A DNA stretch of 64,000 nucleotides from a bacterium (GTDB lineage: Bacteria > Patescibacteriota > Microgenomatia > Levybacterales > UBA12049), in NCBI GenBank assembly GCA_021777565.1, contig JAJYDJ010000002.1, forward strand, positions 5,082 to 69,081. Direction: 5' to 3'. How positions within the stretch are numbered: the first letter of the stretch is position 1; every line of letters starts with the position of its first letter. Under the pieces are notes generated by a model, which saw nothing but the letters and a program-made list of their open reading frames with translations, searched no databases and was not told the origin of the DNA. A program made the position numbers and the translations under genes. Positions 62,780-64,000 of the stretch are shown here, piece after piece.

Positions 62780-63328
62780 ATGCAAGAAGAAAATATCATA
62801 CCAAAAAATGCAAACGACAAAGAAATAATAAAAACGTTTCATCAGGAAACTACATTTTTTGCCTGGGACGCACCAAGCCGTCCATGGAAAAAGAGAACAA
62901 AGGCATATTATAGCTCCAGCATTCTTATTTCTTTTTTTATTGAAATAATCCTATTTCTCTTCTCACAATATATTATAATGATGACCGTTGCTGCTTTTAT
63001 TTTCCTTATTTTTATACTTGCTACTGTCGAGCCTAAGAATTTTCACTATAGAGTTACAAGGGAAGGGATTCTTATAGAAGATCATTTTTATATCTGGGAG
63101 GAGCTCTATGATTTTTATATCCAACAAAGATTTGGGAGAGATGTTGTTTATATCCATACTCGTAGCATACTCCCTGGGATTCTATTACTTGTCGTCAATT
63201 CTGGAGATTTAGAGAACGTTAAGGAGTTACTTACCCGGCATATTGCATTTCGTGAATTTATCAAACCAACCATTACTCAAATGATAGGTGCGTGGCTAAC
63301 AAAATTATTTCCATTGGAGGAATTATGA
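62780..63328 (+). CDS. two-TM hypothetical protein (DUF5673-like)
   Basis: W.APSRPWKKR, TMs, GILIEDHFY.WEELYDF. Confidence 0.75.
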   Translation: MQEENIIPKNANDKEIIKTFHQETTFFAWDAPSRPWKKRTKAYYSSSILISFFIEIILFLFSQYIIMMTVAAFIFLIFILATVEPKNFHYRVTREGILIEDHFYIWEELYDFYIQQRFGRDVVYIHTRSILPGILLLVVNSGDLENVKELLTRHIAFREFIKPTITQMIGAWLTKLFPLEEL

Positions 63329-64000
63329 AAAATTTAACAAAAATAATATTCTTTTTTTTATTTTTCTCACTAAGCTTTATAAAACAACCAGGATATGTTT
63401 TTGCACAGCAAAGTAATAGCTCAAACTCCCTAACTACGAATGATGTTATCAACATAAATAAAATTGTTGATGGAGTTGGAGAAATTGCTGTTTGTCAATT
63501 AACTGGGATTAGTCTTATAACAAAACAGCATGATTGTATTACGCCGAAATACGAGAATGGTCAGATTTCTTATGTTAGGAACACTGATCCCAACAATTTT
63601 GGCATTCTAACAATAACAACAAATCTTATAGGACAGTTGTATAGCATCCCAATAAGTACAAATGATTCACTTGTGTACCTTAAAGAAAATTTTGGAATTG
63701 TTCATCCTGCTTATGCAGACGGTTTAGGAGCAAACAATATACATGCACTTCTCCCCGTCTGGCTCATATTCAGAAACCTTTGTCTTTCGATTTTTATTCT
63801 TCTTCTTACCATTATCGGCATTCTGATTATGTTTCGCGCACCAATCGATCAAAGAACAATTTTTACAATAGAGGGACAGTTGCCAAATATTATAATCATT
63901 TTTATCCTTTTCAACTTTTCTTTTGCTATTGTTGGACTTATGGCAGATGGTATGCACGTAGCAAATAACTTTGTCTTCAATTTACTTGATCCAATAGCTC
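63325..64000 (+). CDS. VirB6/TrbL-like polytopic membrane protein, truncated by window end
   Basis: ATG overlaps upstream stop; open to window end; W.IFRNL..IIGILIMFR..LPNII..L.NFSFAIVGLMAD motif. Confidence 0.65.
   Translation, partial: MKNLTKIIFFFLFFSLSFIKQPGYVFAQQSNSSNSLTTNDVININKIVDGVGEIAVCQLTGISLITKQHDCITPKYENGQISYVRNTDPNNFGILTITTNLIGQLYSIPISTNDSLVYLKENFGIVHPAYADGLGANNIHALLPVWLIFRNLCLSIFILLLTIIGILIMFRAPIDQRTIFTIEGQLPNIIIIFILFNFSFAIVGLMADGMHVANNFVFNLLDPIA

Noticed and set aside
62524-62913. 129-aa ORF and nearby short ORFs
   Set aside because: No recognisable features; overlaps the promoter and start of the 62780 gene.

Overview
This 64 kb window reads as chromosomal DNA from a small-genome bacterium. 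The gene content and style suggest CPR/Patescibacteria, probably Microgenomates; this is an inference from the unlinked 23S-5S operon, truncated 23S helix 78, stand-alone VirB4-like ATPase, DUF5667/DUF5673-type genes and many apparently leaderless genes. It uses standard code 11. It contains housekeeping genes (rho, radA, rpsA, tgt, a Xer recombinase, gmk, gap, two class A PBPs, rpe, rpiB, smpB/tmRNA, comF, folE), a tRNA-Ala-23S-5S unit without 16S, 10 tRNAs and a large surface-protein region (about 6.5-18.5 kb). Five things stand out. (1) A vitamin B12 scavenging neighbourhood: a compact cobalamin riboswitch with a terminator precedes two secreted transcobalamin-like (DUF4430 +/- alpha-barrel) proteins, converging on nrdR-nrdJ, an S-component-like membrane protein and a PduO adenosyltransferase. 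(2) A tandem array of three unannotated small ORFs at 389-1371, each with a strong SD and long 5'/3' UTR complementarity, resembling type I toxin mRNAs. (3) Unusual tRNAs: Ser(ACU), Ile(UAU) and a shrunken initiator tRNA. (4) Nested palindromic mini-repeats, one inserted in frame in a signal peptide and others beside duplicated tRNA ends. (5) A WxL/pilin-like secreted operon translationally coupled to an HTH-PIN pair. All family assignments come from motifs recognised by eye; no database searches were run.
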